Part shown: positions 1 to 10,019 of the stretch, one piece after another
How the letters are laid out: every line of letters begins with the position of its first letter
Position numbering within the stretch: position 1 is the stretch's first letter
Assembly: GCA_963810935.1 (NCBI GenBank)
Contig: CAWEPK010000009.1
Span: 32,001-96,000, forward strand
DNA length: 64,000 nt
Direction of reading: 5' to 3'
Source: an uncultured delta proteobacterium
GTDB lineage: Bacteria; Desulfobacterota; Syntrophorhabdia; Syntrophorhabdales; WCHB1-27
Notes under the pieces: generated by a model
Told to the model about the DNA's origin: nothing
The model's database searches: none
Seen by the model: the letters and a program-made list of their open reading frames with translations, nothing else
Made by a program: the position numbers and the translations under genes

Positions 1-87
1 CTTAAGCCCCCTGGCTTTGCGCTCCGTTGCCAGACAGGCGGCTGTATAGATAAGCAGCTTCTCCTTCTCCCTCTCGGATAACCTCAT
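1..87 (-). CDS. ureA: Urease gamma subunit, N-terminal part (runs off the window start)
   Basis: Minus strand reads MRLSEREKEKLLIYTAACLATERKARGLK, matching the UreA N-terminus; GGAGG RBS; lies downstream of the urt genes. Confidence 0.9.
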   Translation of the reverse strand, partial: MRLSEREKEKLLIYTAACLATERKARGLK

Positions 88-114
88 GGCGCTCCTCCCT
101 TATCCCTCTATTCC

Positions 115-441
115 TCACAGGGTAGCGTCTCCGCGCTCGCCCGTACGTATCCGCATCACCTCTTCGAGGTCGAGGACGAAGATCTTCCCATCCCCTATAT
201 TGCCGGTCTTTCCCGCCTCCCGGACGATCGCCATGACGGCTTCCGCGTCTGCGTCTCTCGTCGCGATAAGCAGGCAGGATTTCGGCAGCTTTTCGTAATG
301 CATGTCGCCTATGGTTATGCCTTTCTGTTTTCCCCTGCCCCGCACGCTGAACTCCGTGAGCGAGGAAAAACCGGACTCCTTAAGGCTGTCCTCTACGACT
401 TTGAGCCTGTCGGGCCTCAGGATCGCAACGATCATTTTCAT
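115..441 (-). CDS. P-II family nitrogen regulatory protein (short T-loop, NifI1-like)
   Basis: GRGKQKG, TGNIGDGKIFV and RIRTGE P-II motifs; 108 aa. Confidence 0.93.
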   Translation of the reverse strand: MKMIVAILRPDRLKVVEDSLKESGFSSLTEFSVRGRGKQKGITIGDMHYEKLPKSCLLIATRDADAEAVMAIVREAGKTGNIGDGKIFVLDLEEVMRIRTGERGDATL

Positions 442-453
442 CGGTCAACCTCC

Positions 454-1143
454 CTATATGGCCAGATGGGTCTTGATATCGTCCTTCGTAAGCTGGCTGA
501 CGTCGCCCCGGAAGGCTATCGTCCCTTTTTCCATGATGTAGCAGAAGTCGGCCAGCCTCAGCGCAAAATCGACATACTGCTCCACAAGGAGGATGGAAAG
601 CTTTCCCTGCTCCTTGATGAAGCGTATGGCGTTCTCGATATCGAAGACGATGGACGGCTGGATGCCTTCGGTCGGCTCGTCGAGAAGCAGGAGCCTGGGG
701 CCGGTAATAAGGACGCGGGCAATGGCGAGCTGCTGCTGCTCTCCGCCGCTCAAGTCCCCGCCCTTCCTGTTCTGGAGCTTCTTGATGCCGGGGAACAGCT
801 CGAAAATACCGTCGGGGACGACGGCCTTCTCTCCCCTGGCCTCAAGGCCGACCACGAGGTTCTCGCGCACCGTCAGGTAAGGGAATATCTCTCTCCCTTG
901 CGGCACGTAAGCTATGCCGGCCCTCGACCTCTCTTCCGGCTTCCATGCAGTTATATCCTTGCCGTCGTGCTCTATGGCGCCGGACGTGGGCCGGACCAGG
1001 CCCATCACCGTCTTGAGCAGGGTCGTTTTCCCAACCCCGTTCCTGCCCATAAGGGCGACGACCTTCCCTTCCGGGATATCCATCTCCACGTCTCTTAAAA
1101 TCACCGTCTCGCCGTAAGCGCTGGTGATGCCGTTAATGACCAT
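454..1143 (-). CDS. urtE: Urea ABC transporter ATP-binding subunit
   Basis: GRNGVGKTT Walker A, YVPQGREIFP, LSGGEQQQLAIAR, LLLLDEPTEGIQPSI; start at MVING overlapping the urtD end. Confidence 0.92.
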   Translation of the reverse strand: MVINGITSAYGETVILRDVEMDIPEGKVVALMGRNGVGKTTLLKTVMGLVRPTSGAIEHDGKDITAWKPEERSRAGIAYVPQGREIFPYLTVRENLVVGLEARGEKAVVPDGIFELFPGIKKLQNRKGGDLSGGEQQQLAIARVLITGPRLLLLDEPTEGIQPSIVFDIENAIRFIKEQGKLSILLVEQYVDFALRLADFCYIMEKGTIAFRGDVSQLTKDDIKTHLAI

Positions 1144-1897
1144 TTTCCTGCGCCTCTCCGCCTCTTCCAAGGTACACGTCTATGACCGTCGGGTCGTTGC
1201 CGACCTCTTCGAAAGTACCTTCGCAGAGCAGCCTCCCTTCATGGAGCACGGTCACCTTGCGGGCAAACTTTTTGACGAAGTTCATGTCATGCTCAACAAC
1301 GAGGACGGACGTCTTCCTGGCGGTCTCCATCAGGATCTCGCCGGTCCGTGTCCTCTCGCTGCCGGTCATGCCTGCGACAGGCTCGTCGACGAGGAGGAGG
1401 TCCGGCTTCTGTGCGATGGTCATGGCGATCTCCAGCCATTGTTTCTCTCCGTGAGAAAGGTCGCCCGCCTTGTCCGACTCCCTTTTGTCGAGGTCCACCG
1501 TGCGCAGTATATTATTGATGCTTTCCAGGTCGCTGCCGGACCGCTTCCGAAACGTCGCCATAAGGCCCCGCTCGCCTTGCAGGGAAAGCTCCATGTTCTC
1601 GAAGACGGTAAGGTTCTCGAAAACGGAAGGCGTCTGGAACTTCCTGCTGACGCCGCAACGCGCTATCTTGTAGTCGCACAGGTCCGCAAGCTCGATGCCT
1701 CCGTTGAAGACCACTTTCCCCGTCGAAGGCTTCACCTTGCCGCATATGACGTCGAGGAGCGTCGTCTTGCCCGCGCCGTTCGGGCCGATAAGGAACCGCA
1801 GCTCTCCGGCCTCCATCGAGAAATCGACGTTGTTCAGGGCCTTGAAGCCGCTGAAATCGACCGTCACGCCTTCCGTCTTTATGATCGTCTTTCCCAT
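1133..1897 (-). CDS. urtD: Urea ABC transporter ATP-binding subunit
   Basis: IGPNGAGKTT, RKFQTPSVFE, LSHGEKQWLEI, DEPVAGMT; true start MGKTII lies inside ORF 1133..2707. Confidence 0.92.
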   Translation of the reverse strand: MGKTIIKTEGVTVDFSGFKALNNVDFSMEAGELRFLIGPNGAGKTTLLDVICGKVKPSTGKVVFNGGIELADLCDYKIARCGVSRKFQTPSVFENLTVFENMELSLQGERGLMATFRKRSGSDLESINNILRTVDLDKRESDKAGDLSHGEKQWLEIAMTIAQKPDLLLVDEPVAGMTGSERTRTGEILMETARKTSVLVVEHDMNFVKKFARKVTVLHEGRLLCEGTFEEVGNDPTVIDVYLGRGGEAQENGH

Positions 1898-1899
1898 CT

Positions 1900-2994
1900 C
1901 TATCCCCTCGCAGCCGATTCTTTCATCCGCTCCTCGGCCACCGGGCCCCGGTTTTTGCGCATCAGGGGCAGCTTGCCGATAAGCCCTACGACCCCCTGCG
2001 GGAAGAGCAGCACCACGCCGATAAAGAGAGCGCCCTGGAAATAAAGCCAGATGCTCGGAAAGGTTTCGCTGAGGTACGTCTTGGCAAAGTTGACAACGAG
2101 GGCGCCGACGATTGCGCCTATCAGCGTGCCCCTGCCTCCTATCGCCACCCATATCGCCATCTCGACCGACGGCAGTATACCCATCGAGGACGGTGAGATG
2201 ATGCCTACCTGGGGCACGTAAAGGATGCCCGCGAGTCCGGCGAGACCGGCGGAGAGTGCGAAGACTGCGACCTTGAAGAGCGTCGAGTTGTAGCCTAAGA
2301 ACCTGAAGCGGTTCTCGCCGTCCCGGATCGCCACGAGCACCCTGCCCGACCTCGTCGATACGAGCCACCTGGCGAAGAGAAAGACGAGGACGAGGACGAC
2401 GGCCGTCACGAGGTAGAGGCCCCTCATCGTGGACGGCTCCGACAGGGAGTAGCCGAAGATGTCCTGGAGGTTCGTTACTCCGTTGGTGCCGCCCGTGTAA
2501 GGCTGCTGGCCGATGAAGAGGATCGAAAAGACCAGGGCCAGCGCCTGGGTCAGGATGGCGAAGTAAGGCCCTTTTATCCTCGCCCTGAAGGTGGGGATTC
2601 CGATGACGACGGCCACTGCAATGGGCACGAGTATCGCCATAGGTATTGCGAACCAGGCATGGGCGAAGGGTTTCCAGAACCAGGGCACTTCGGTGAGCCC
2701 GCTCCACATCATGAAATCCGGGAGGCTCTCTGCCTGAAGCTTTATATACATGCCCATCGAGTAAGCGCCGAGGCTGAAAAAGACGGCGTGCCCCAGCGTA
2801 AGGATGCCCGTATACCCCCAGACGAGGTCGATGCCGATCGCCACGATGGCGTAAGAGAGGAACTTGCCCAGCAGGTTAAGCCTGAAGTCGGACAAAAAGA
2901 ACGGCAGTACAAACAGGACGACGCAGCCCAGAAAGATAACCCAGCGACCGTTCGCCATCGGCTGAAAATGACCCTTTTTGTCCATTGCCGTCAC
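1900..2994 (-). CDS. urtC: Urea ABC transporter permease
   Basis: DLVWGYTGILTLGH, LPDFMMWSG, GPYFAILTQA, WVAIGGRGTL. Confidence 0.93.
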   Translation of the reverse strand: MTAMDKKGHFQPMANGRWVIFLGCVVLFVLPFFLSDFRLNLLGKFLSYAIVAIGIDLVWGYTGILTLGHAVFFSLGAYSMGMYIKLQAESLPDFMMWSGLTEVPWFWKPFAHAWFAIPMAILVPIAVAVVIGIPTFRARIKGPYFAILTQALALVFSILFIGQQPYTGGTNGVTNLQDIFGYSLSEPSTMRGLYLVTAVVLVLVFLFARWLVSTRSGRVLVAIRDGENRFRFLGYNSTLFKVAVFALSAGLAGLAGILYVPQVGIISPSSMGILPSVEMAIWVAIGGRGTLIGAIVGALVVNFAKTYLSETFPSIWLYFQGALFIGVVLLFPQGVVGLIGKLPLMRKNRGPVAEERMKESAARG

Positions 2995-2995
2995 C

Positions 2996-3889
2996 TTAGT
3001 CCAATGCCCTCGTCTTCAGCGCGAAGAAACCGGACGGCTTCCATTGGAGGAAGACGATAACGAGCGTGAAGACGATCACCTTTCCCATGCTCGACGTGGT
3101 CACGTATTCGAAGAGCGGGTTGGTAAGCCCGATCATCAGGGCGCCCGCGACCGTCCCTGCCAGGTTGCCGACTCCGCCCAGGACCACGACCATGAATGCA
3201 TCCACTATATAGTTCTGGCCCGTAGAGGGGCCGATGGAGCCGAGCAGGCTGACCGCGCAGCCCGCGATGCCCGCGATGCCGGAGCCGATGGCGAAGGTGA
3301 GGGAATCGACCTTTCTGGTACTCACCCCCATGCAGGCGGCCATGCCCCGGTTCTGCATAACGGCTCTCATCCTCCTTCCGCTCACGGAATAATTGACGTA
3401 GAAATACATGCCCGCTATTGCCGCGACGGCGAGGGAGAGGATGAAGATCCTGCTGTAAGGCAACTGGAAGCCCGCAAGCAGCCGGACGCCGCCTTGCAGC
3501 CAGTGGGGCGCGCTAACGTCCACGTTGTTCGCGCCGAAAGCATTACGTGCCCCCTGCTGCATGACTAGGCTCAGGCCCCACGTCGCGAGGATGCTCTCGT
3601 ACGGCCTCCCGTACAGGAACCTGATGAGCACCTTCTCCACGACCAGCCCGGTTATGCTCGCCGCAATGAAGGCGGCAGGCAGCGCAACGAGGAACGAGAT
3701 GCCCGCATGGCCTTCGAAGACGAACCGCTGCATGACGTAGGCGACGTAAGCCCCGATCATCATGAACTCGCCGTGGGCGAAGTTAATGACGCCCATGATG
3801 CCGAAGGTGATGCTCAGGCCCAGGGCGACCAGAAGGAGGATCGAGCTTAGGCTCAGGCCGTTGAATAATTGTGAGAGTACCGCTTCCAT
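2996..3889 (-). CDS. urtB: Urea ABC transporter permease
   Basis: TFGIMGVINFAHGEF, LATWGLSL, YIVDAFMVVVLGG. Confidence 0.93.
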   Translation of the reverse strand: MEAVLSQLFNGLSLSSILLLVALGLSITFGIMGVINFAHGEFMMIGAYVAYVMQRFVFEGHAGISFLVALPAAFIAASITGLVVEKVLIRFLYGRPYESILATWGLSLVMQQGARNAFGANNVDVSAPHWLQGGVRLLAGFQLPYSRIFILSLAVAAIAGMYFYVNYSVSGRRMRAVMQNRGMAACMGVSTRKVDSLTFAIGSGIAGIAGCAVSLLGSIGPSTGQNYIVDAFMVVVLGGVGNLAGTVAGALMIGLTNPLFEYVTTSSMGKVIVFTLVIVFLQWKPSGFFALKTRALD

Positions 3890-3902
3890 AAGAGTCCTTG
3901 GG

Positions 3903-3956
3903 GCGCCGGGGGCCGGCCGAAGGGGATGGGGGGGTTAGTTGGCCGCCCCCCGGCGC
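3903..3956 (-). other. Strong hairpin between urtA and urtB with a C-rich loop
   Basis: GCGCCGGGGG...CCCCCGGCGC arms; minus-strand loop AACTAACCCCCCCATCCCCTTC. Confidence 0.6.
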
Positions 3957-3962
3957 ATGTTG

Positions 3963-5195
3963 CTACTTATCTACGATTTTACCCGGAGCAAGGACCTTTT
4001 TCTTCGAGACCAGTGTAGGGAACGGGTCCGGAACAACGGGCTTCCCGGTCGTCCAGACGATCTCGAACTGGCCGTCGCTCTTCACCTTGCCTACCTGGAC
4101 GATTTTCGACGTGTGGTTGTTAATCGGGCTGATCGTCACGAGGCCTTCAGGCGCCTTGTAAGCGATGCCTCTGACCGCTTCTCTTACCTTCGCCGTGTCC
4201 GCGCTATGCGCCTTTTTCACGGCTTCAGCCCACAGGTAGACGCCGAAATAGGCCGCCTCGATCGGGTCGTCCGTCACGCGGTCGGCGCCGTATTTCGCCT
4301 TATAGCTCTTCACGAAGGCGTCGTTCTCCGGCGTCTTCATGCTCATGAAGTAGTTCCATGCCGCGTAGTGCCCGACGAGGTTGTCCGCGCCGATGCCCCT
4401 GATCTCGTCTTCCGCGATGCTGACCGACATGGTCGGGATGTCTTTGGCGGTGATGCCGGCAGCCCGGAGCTGCTTGAAGAAAGCCACGTTGCTGTCGCCG
4501 TTAAGGGTGTTGTAAACTACGTCGGGCTTTGCGGCCTTGATCTTGTTTATAACGGTGCTGTACTCGGTGTGGCCGAGGGGCGTATACTCCTCGCCGACGA
4601 GCGTGCCGCCTTCAGCCTTGAGCTGGGCCTTTATAATGAGGTTCGCCGTCCTCGGGAAAACGTAATCCGAGCCGAGGAGGAAGAACTTCTTCTTGCCGTC
4701 TTTGAGGAGCCACGTTACGGAAGGCATGATCTGCTGGTTAGGTGCGGCGCCCGTATAGACGATATTCTTCGAGGCCTCCAGCCCTTCGTACTGGACAGGG
4801 TAGAAGAGAAGGTGATCCGCCTTCTCGAAAACCGGCAGGACCGCCTTGCGGCTTGCGGAAGTCCAGCAACCGAAGACGACGACTACCTTGTCTTTCGAAA
4901 TCAGCTTCTTCGCCTTTTCAGCGAAGGTCGGCCAGTCGGAAGCGCCGTCCTCGATTATAGGCACTATCTGTCTGCCGAGAAGCCCTCCCTTCGCGTTGAT
5001 CTCCGCTATCGCCATCAACGTGCCGTCCTTGACGGCCACCTCGCTGATCGACATCGTCCCGCTCAGGGAGTGAAGCACGCCGACCTTGATCGGTTCCGCA
5101 GCCCGGGCCTGACCGCCCGGGACGGCGATGAAAAACAGCAACAGCAGCACTGCAAATACCGGTGTAATCCCTCTCCATCGATGTGTCTTGTTCAT
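3963..5195 (-). CDS. urtA: Urea ABC transporter substrate-binding protein
   Basis: Signal peptide; [43 protein letters not shown]. Confidence 0.95.
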   Translation of the reverse strand: MNKTHRWRGITPVFAVLLLLFFIAVPGGQARAAEPIKVGVLHSLSGTMSISEVAVKDGTLMAIAEINAKGGLLGRQIVPIIEDGASDWPTFAEKAKKLISKDKVVVVFGCWTSASRKAVLPVFEKADHLLFYPVQYEGLEASKNIVYTGAAPNQQIMPSVTWLLKDGKKKFFLLGSDYVFPRTANLIIKAQLKAEGGTLVGEEYTPLGHTEYSTVINKIKAAKPDVVYNTLNGDSNVAFFKQLRAAGITAKDIPTMSVSIAEDEIRGIGADNLVGHYAAWNYFMSMKTPENDAFVKSYKAKYGADRVTDDPIEAAYFGVYLWAEAVKKAHSADTAKVREAVRGIAYKAPEGLVTISPINNHTSKIVQVGKVKSDGQFEIVWTTGKPVVPDPFPTLVSKKKVLAPGKIVDK

Positions 5196-5382
5196 TTCCA
5201 GACCTCCTTTAATATGTTCGCCTCCGGGATACTGTTTGAATCTCCTTTCAGCGTATTTCTCTTGTGAGTTGCCTGGGCAATCAGGCGATGCAGCGGTGCA
5301 TTAGGGGGCCGGACGGCGTCGTCCGGCCCGGGAGGAGAGCGCCTTCGCGGGTGATAATCAAAGACGCCCCACTTCCGCTTAA

Positions 5383-5398
5383 TCCAATAACCGTGCCA
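5383..5398 (-). promoter_or_regulatory. Sigma-54-like promoter for the urt operon
   Basis: TGGCAC-GGTTA-TTGGA; perfect -24 box, one mismatch at the conserved -12 C. Confidence 0.45.
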
Positions 5399-5611
5399 TG
5401 GCGGGAAAGCTTTATCGCCGAGGTCCGGAAACGGCCTGATTCCAGCCTATTGTAAGCATCAGGCTGCGCCGCCGGAAAGAACAAACACGTTCTCCGGGCA
5501 GCGAAGGGATACGAAAAGGTAAGAAACCATCATCGCATATTACGCAAACGTAGGCTTCGATGAAGACAAGGCAAAATTATGATAAGCTGGAAAATGAAAG
5601 ATCGGGAAGGC

Positions 5612-5918
5612 AATTAATACCCTGCTGCTTGCAGCAGAGCATTAAAGCAAGCGTAGCGCCGCGCCGAGCGGGGAGCGGGGCACCCGCCCGACGTAAGGAG
5701 GGAAGGGTCGAGGCTTTGCCCGGCGAGGGGTGCCGCACATCTTGACCGGGTATTGAATACCTGCTGCTTGCAGCAGGTATAAAGCGAGCGTATGCGAAGC
5801 GCCGAGCGGGGAGGCTCGACTAGGGGGGGGCTTTGCCTGGCGAGGGGGTGCTGAACCCCAATAATTGTTACGGAGCGAAGCGGAAAAAGGTCTCCCTGCA
5901 GCAAGCTGCAGGGAATCC
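5612..5918. repeat. Modular hairpin repeat, locus A (2 units plus a partial)
   Basis: Two copies of CTGCTGCTTGCAGCAG...AAAGCRAGCG...GCGCCGAGCGGGGAG...GCTTTGCCYGGCGAGGGG; 45-bp and 35-bp blocks identical to locus B. Confidence 0.85.
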
Positions 5919-5954
5919 ACAAGTTGAAAATAAATCGAACGAATGAGGTGATCG

Positions 5955-6782
5955 ATGGGACTTATAAAGATCGACGAAACAAAGTGCAAGAAGGACGGCG
6001 CCTGCACGCGTGATTGCTCGCCGGGCATCATCAGGCTTTCCGAACAGACCGGGTTCCCTGAAGTAGTGCCGGGCGGGGACACGGCCTGCATCTTCTGCGG
6101 CCACTGCGTGGCGGTCTGCCCGGAGGGCGCGCTCAGCCATGAATGCCTGCCCGCGGGTGATGCTCCGGTCATCGACGAAAATCTCGCGATCGACGAGGCG
6201 CGGGCGGTCCAGTTTTTGCGGTCGCGCCGCTCCGTGAGGCTCTTTAAGGAAAAGCCGGTTGAAAAGGAAAAGGTGACGAGGCTTATCGAGCTCGCCCGTT
6301 ACGCGCCGACTGCGGGCAACAGCCAGTCAGTGCAGTGGCTGGTCCATACGGACCGGGAAAAAATCAACGCGATCGCCGCCGGCGCCGCCGAATGGCTGCA
6401 GGGTGTCCTGAAAGCCAACCCTTCCATTGCGGTTGCCAAGCCTTACATGGCGAGGGTGATTACTACCTGGGACTCGGGCCGCGATTCGGTACTGAGGAAG
6501 GCGCCCGTGCTCATCGTGGCTTCGGCGCCGAAAGAGTCTGCCTTCGGTATGGTCGACCTTACCATAGCCCTCACTTACCTGGACCTCGTTGCCCCGACCC
6601 TGGGTCTGGGCACCTGCTGGGCAGGGCTGCTCCAGGGGGCGCTCCTCTCATCGCCGCAACTCAAGGAACTGGCCGGCATACCGAAGGATCATCCAAGCCA
6701 TTATCCCATGATGGTCGGGTATCCGGGCCACAAGCACTACCGGCTGCCGGAGCGTAAAACCCCCAAGATCGTTTTTGCGTAA
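5955..6782 (+). CDS. Nitroreductase family protein with N-terminal ferredoxin domain
   Basis: CKKDGACTRDC and CIFCGHCVAVCP motifs; RRSVR, APTAGN, LGTCWAG. Confidence 0.9.
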   Translation: MGLIKIDETKCKKDGACTRDCSPGIIRLSEQTGFPEVVPGGDTACIFCGHCVAVCPEGALSHECLPAGDAPVIDENLAIDEARAVQFLRSRRSVRLFKEKPVEKEKVTRLIELARYAPTAGNSQSVQWLVHTDREKINAIAAGAAEWLQGVLKANPSIAVAKPYMARVITTWDSGRDSVLRKAPVLIVASAPKESAFGMVDLTIALTYLDLVAPTLGLGTCWAGLLQGALLSSPQLKELAGIPKDHPSHYPMMVGYPGHKHYRLPERKTPKIVFA

Positions 6783-6870
6783 GCCGCCTTTCAAAAAGAT
6801 GCGGCCGCAGCATAGGCCCCTTGAACAAGGCAATGCTGCGGCCGCTTTTTGTTCGGCTCGTTCTTCTTGC

Positions 6871-8101
6871 TTACTTGCCCGCTTTTGCCCTCGCGGCTGC
6901 GATCTCTTCGCATGTGCGCGCGCCGTCCTTCGGCGCGACGGTCAGGATGTCCGTCCCGATAAGGAAGTTCTTATACTCGGGCACCTTCTTTGTTACGCCG
7001 TAGAAGGTGGGCAGCAGGAGCTGATGGTCACACTTGCGCACCTCCAGGGTGCCTATGGCTGTCTTGTCTATGGTCATGCCTTCCAGGGCGTCGATGAACT
7101 TCTCCGTGTCTACGTGGCCCGCCTTCTGGTAAGCCTTCGCGATGAAGTGGGCGACGTTATAGCCGTAGAAAGCCGGCTGCGCGGGATACCTGTTGTAGAC
7201 CTTCCTGAAGGAATCGACAAACGCCTTGTTGTCGGCCGTCTTAGGATAATAGAATAGGTAGTTCGCGGTCCCTATTGCTCCTTCCGGGCATTCGAGGCCC
7301 AGGCTGGAAAGCACCGTGAACTCAATAGCCGTGTGCTGATAGAAGGGGATCTTGGAGCTCATGCCCGTCGCCTTCGCCGCCTTCTGGAAAGCGATTACGG
7401 ACGCGCCGGCGGAGCCCATGATGATGAAATCGGGCTTCGCAGCCATCATCTGGGTTATGTACGGTACGAAGTCTGATTCGCCCACCTTCCACCAGCTCTG
7501 TCCGATGAGCTGAACGCCGGGTTTAAGCTGTTTCAGGCGGTTCCACGTGGCGTCGACAGATGGCGTGGCCGTACTCGAAATCATCGCCCGCTATCCAGTA
7601 CTTGACGTAGGGCTTCTTCGCAAGTACTGCGGCTGCCGCTCTACCCGCCATTGCCGTGTTCTCTGCCATGTGGAAGACGTACCTGTGGCCGAGCTCGCCT
7701 ACGATCTTGTCGCTTTTCGAATAGGTGCAGAGGAAGGGGATCTTCTCCGTCTTCGCAAACTGAGATATGGCGAGCGCGGAGGCGCTGCTGATGGTGCCCA
7801 TCAGAAGGTCCACATGCTCCTTCATGACCAGCTCTTTGGCCATCGAGAGGGCGACGGCAGGCTGGAATTTCTCATCCCTGGTGACGAATTCGATCTTCTT
7901 GCCGAGGACGCCGCCTTGCCCGTTGATCTCCGCTACCGCCATTTTGAAGCCGTCGAGAAGGTCGAGGCCGAACGCGGCCGCCCCTCCCGAGTAGCTGTCC
8001 ACAATGCCTATCTTGATCGTATTGGCCGCACCCGCCTCCGGTGCGAAGAGCAGGGGGCAAAGCCCGGCTGCCAGCACTAGAACGACAAACAGTTTCTTCA
8101 T
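6871..8101 (-). CDS. ABC transporter substrate-binding protein (LivJ-like), split by a +1 frameshift near 7558
   Basis: Signal peptide, EINGQGGVLGKKIE, GTISS; removing one base joins EYGHAI to VDATWNRLK; probably a sequencing error. Confidence 0.85.
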
Positions 8102-8181
8102 ATGAACTCCTTTGATCTTTGTTGTCCTAAAAACGCTCTCCTCCGAAATGTTCCAACCAAAACCGTTATCCTGAAAGCGAC

Positions 8182-9846
8182 CTACTCCAGGTAGGCGCCC
8201 TTGTCAGCGCTTGTCGCATGGCGCGCAAAGTGGGCAAGATACCCCTTCGTCACCCTGGGGGGCGGCGGGGTCCACTGCGCGAGGCGCTCCTTGATCTCGT
8301 CCGCGCTCAGCTCCACGCCGAGCGACCTTGCGGCTATATCTATAGTGATGACGTCTCCGTCGCGGATTACGGCTATCGGCCCGCCGTCTACCGCCTCGGG
8401 CACGAGGTGGCCTATGCACGGCCCTCCAGACGTGCCGGAGAACCTCCCGTCCGTAACGATGGCGACGGAGCGGTCGAGCCCCAGGTCAACAAGCAGCCAG
8501 GTGGCCATGACCATCTCCCTCATGCCTGGACCGCCTCTCGGCCCCTCGCAGCGGATAACCATAACCTCCCCTTCGTGCACCTTGCCGGAGAGCAGCGCCT
8601 CGATGCAGTCCTCTTCCTGTTCGAAGACCCTCGCCGGGCCCCGGTGCTTCTGCATCTCGGGCCGCACTGCCGTCTGCTTCACCACTGCCGTGCCCATGTT
8701 GCCTTTGAGGATGGCGATCCCGCCGTTCTTCCCTTTAGGGTTCGAAAGAGGGCGTATGACCTCCGTGTCCTTTATCTGCGCTACCTCCAGGTTCTCGGCA
8801 AGCGTCTTCCCGCTCGCGGTCATTACACCGGTGTCGAGGAGGTCCGCCATCGATTTCATGACTGCCTGGAGTCCGCCCGCCCGCTCGTAGTCTTCCATCA
8901 GGTATCTGGGGTCGGAAGGCTTTATCTCCATGATGGAGGGCGTTGCCCGGCTGATGGCCTCGAAATCGTCGAGCGTGAAGGGGTAGTCGAGCTCGTGTGC
9001 TATGGCGGGGAAGTGGAGGGTGAGGTTCGTCGAGCCGCTGGTTGCACAGCAGACCTTTACCGCGTTCCCGAACGCGCCGGGCGTCATTATGTCCTTTGCT
9101 TTTATCTCTCTCTCGACGAGCTCCATCACCTTACGGCCCGCATCGTAGGCTAGTGCCTCAAGGGCGGGGTCGCTTGCGCACAGTGCCGAGTTGCCCGGCA
9201 GCGAAAGACCGAATGCCTCCGCTGCAATGCACATGCTGTTCGCCGTCCCCATGAGGCAGCAGGCGCCGGGACCGGGGCAGACGGCGCGCTCGACATCGAG
9301 CAACTCGTCCCTGCCGATCTTGCCCTGCCTGTAGGCGACGAAATACTTGCCCATCGAAGAGCAGTCGAGCCTCTCCCCTTTATAGCTGCCCGAGGCCATA
9401 TAGCCCCCCGTAACGATGACGGTGGGCAGGTTGCACCTCGCTGCGGCCATTATAAGGCCCGGCACGATCTTGTCGCACGTGCCGATCATCACCGCCGCGT
9501 CGTAGCTCGCGTGCTCTATCATCATCTCGACTGAGGCTGCGATCAGGTCGCGGCTCGGCAGGATGTACTTGAACCCCACGTTGCCGCTGCCCTGGCCGTC
9601 GCACGGGGCGAGCACGTTGAAGGTCGTCGCCATGCCGCCGGCGTCCCTGATGCCGCGCTTGACTGCGGCTCCTATCCGGTCCAGGTGATACGAGCCGGGG
9701 AGTATCTCATTCCAGGTGTTGGCAATGGCTACTAAGGGCTTTTCCAGGTCCGCGTCGGTTGCTCCGACGGATCTCAAAAACGCCCTGCGCATGTAATATT
9801 GCGGTACGTCGGGACTGATATCCTTGCTTCGCAGCTTCGCGCTCAT
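8182..9846 (-). CDS. ilvD: Dihydroxy-acid dehydratase family protein
   Basis: PCDG, CDKIVPG, GTANSM, GSTN, GPGMREM, TDGRFSG motifs. Confidence 0.88.
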   Translation of the reverse strand: MSAKLRSKDISPDVPQYYMRRAFLRSVGATDADLEKPLVAIANTWNEILPGSYHLDRIGAAVKRGIRDAGGMATTFNVLAPCDGQGSGNVGFKYILPSRDLIAASVEMMIEHASYDAAVMIGTCDKIVPGLIMAAARCNLPTVIVTGGYMASGSYKGERLDCSSMGKYFVAYRQGKIGRDELLDVERAVCPGPGACCLMGTANSMCIAAEAFGLSLPGNSALCASDPALEALAYDAGRKVMELVEREIKAKDIMTPGAFGNAVKVCCATSGSTNLTLHFPAIAHELDYPFTLDDFEAISRATPSIMEIKPSDPRYLMEDYERAGGLQAVMKSMADLLDTGVMTASGKTLAENLEVAQIKDTEVIRPLSNPKGKNGGIAILKGNMGTAVVKQTAVRPEMQKHRGPARVFEQEEDCIEALLSGKVHEGEVMVIRCEGPRGGPGMREMVMATWLLVDLGLDRSVAIVTDGRFSGTSGGPCIGHLVPEAVDGGPIAVIRDGDVITIDIAARSLGVELSADEIKERLAQWTPPPPRVTKGYLAHFARHATSADKGAYLE

Positions 9847-10019
9847 CTCCTCCCTCCCATACGGTCCGCCTCAGGCGGATTGAAACCTGTATCAGATAAA
9901 GCTACCACTTCCTGAAGGTGCAAACAACAGGAAAAAGGGGGCAGGCCGATGTTCATAATCGGCTTGACGGCATGTGCGCCTCGAAGTCAAGAGGGGCGTC
10001 CGATTGTACGTATGTCCGC

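Noticed and set aside
298..5267. Long plus-strand ORFs antisense to urt genes (similar shadows over ilvD, uvrD, hppA, atp and par)
   Set aside because: Typical antisense shadow ORFs of GC-rich coding sequence with no recognisable motifs
5306..5340. Guanidine riboswitch upstream of the urea transporter
   Set aside because: Only one hairpin, with loop ACGC rather than tandem ACGR loops (class II); the CCCGGGAGG resembling the class I 3' end is on the wrong strand and the rest of that motif is missing
5614..6172. Short minus-strand ORFs over the repeats (also 20979-21798)
   Set aside because: They are translations of the repeat (ASPLGAS, YTCCKQQVFNTR recur at both loci) and some overlap real genes on the opposite strand
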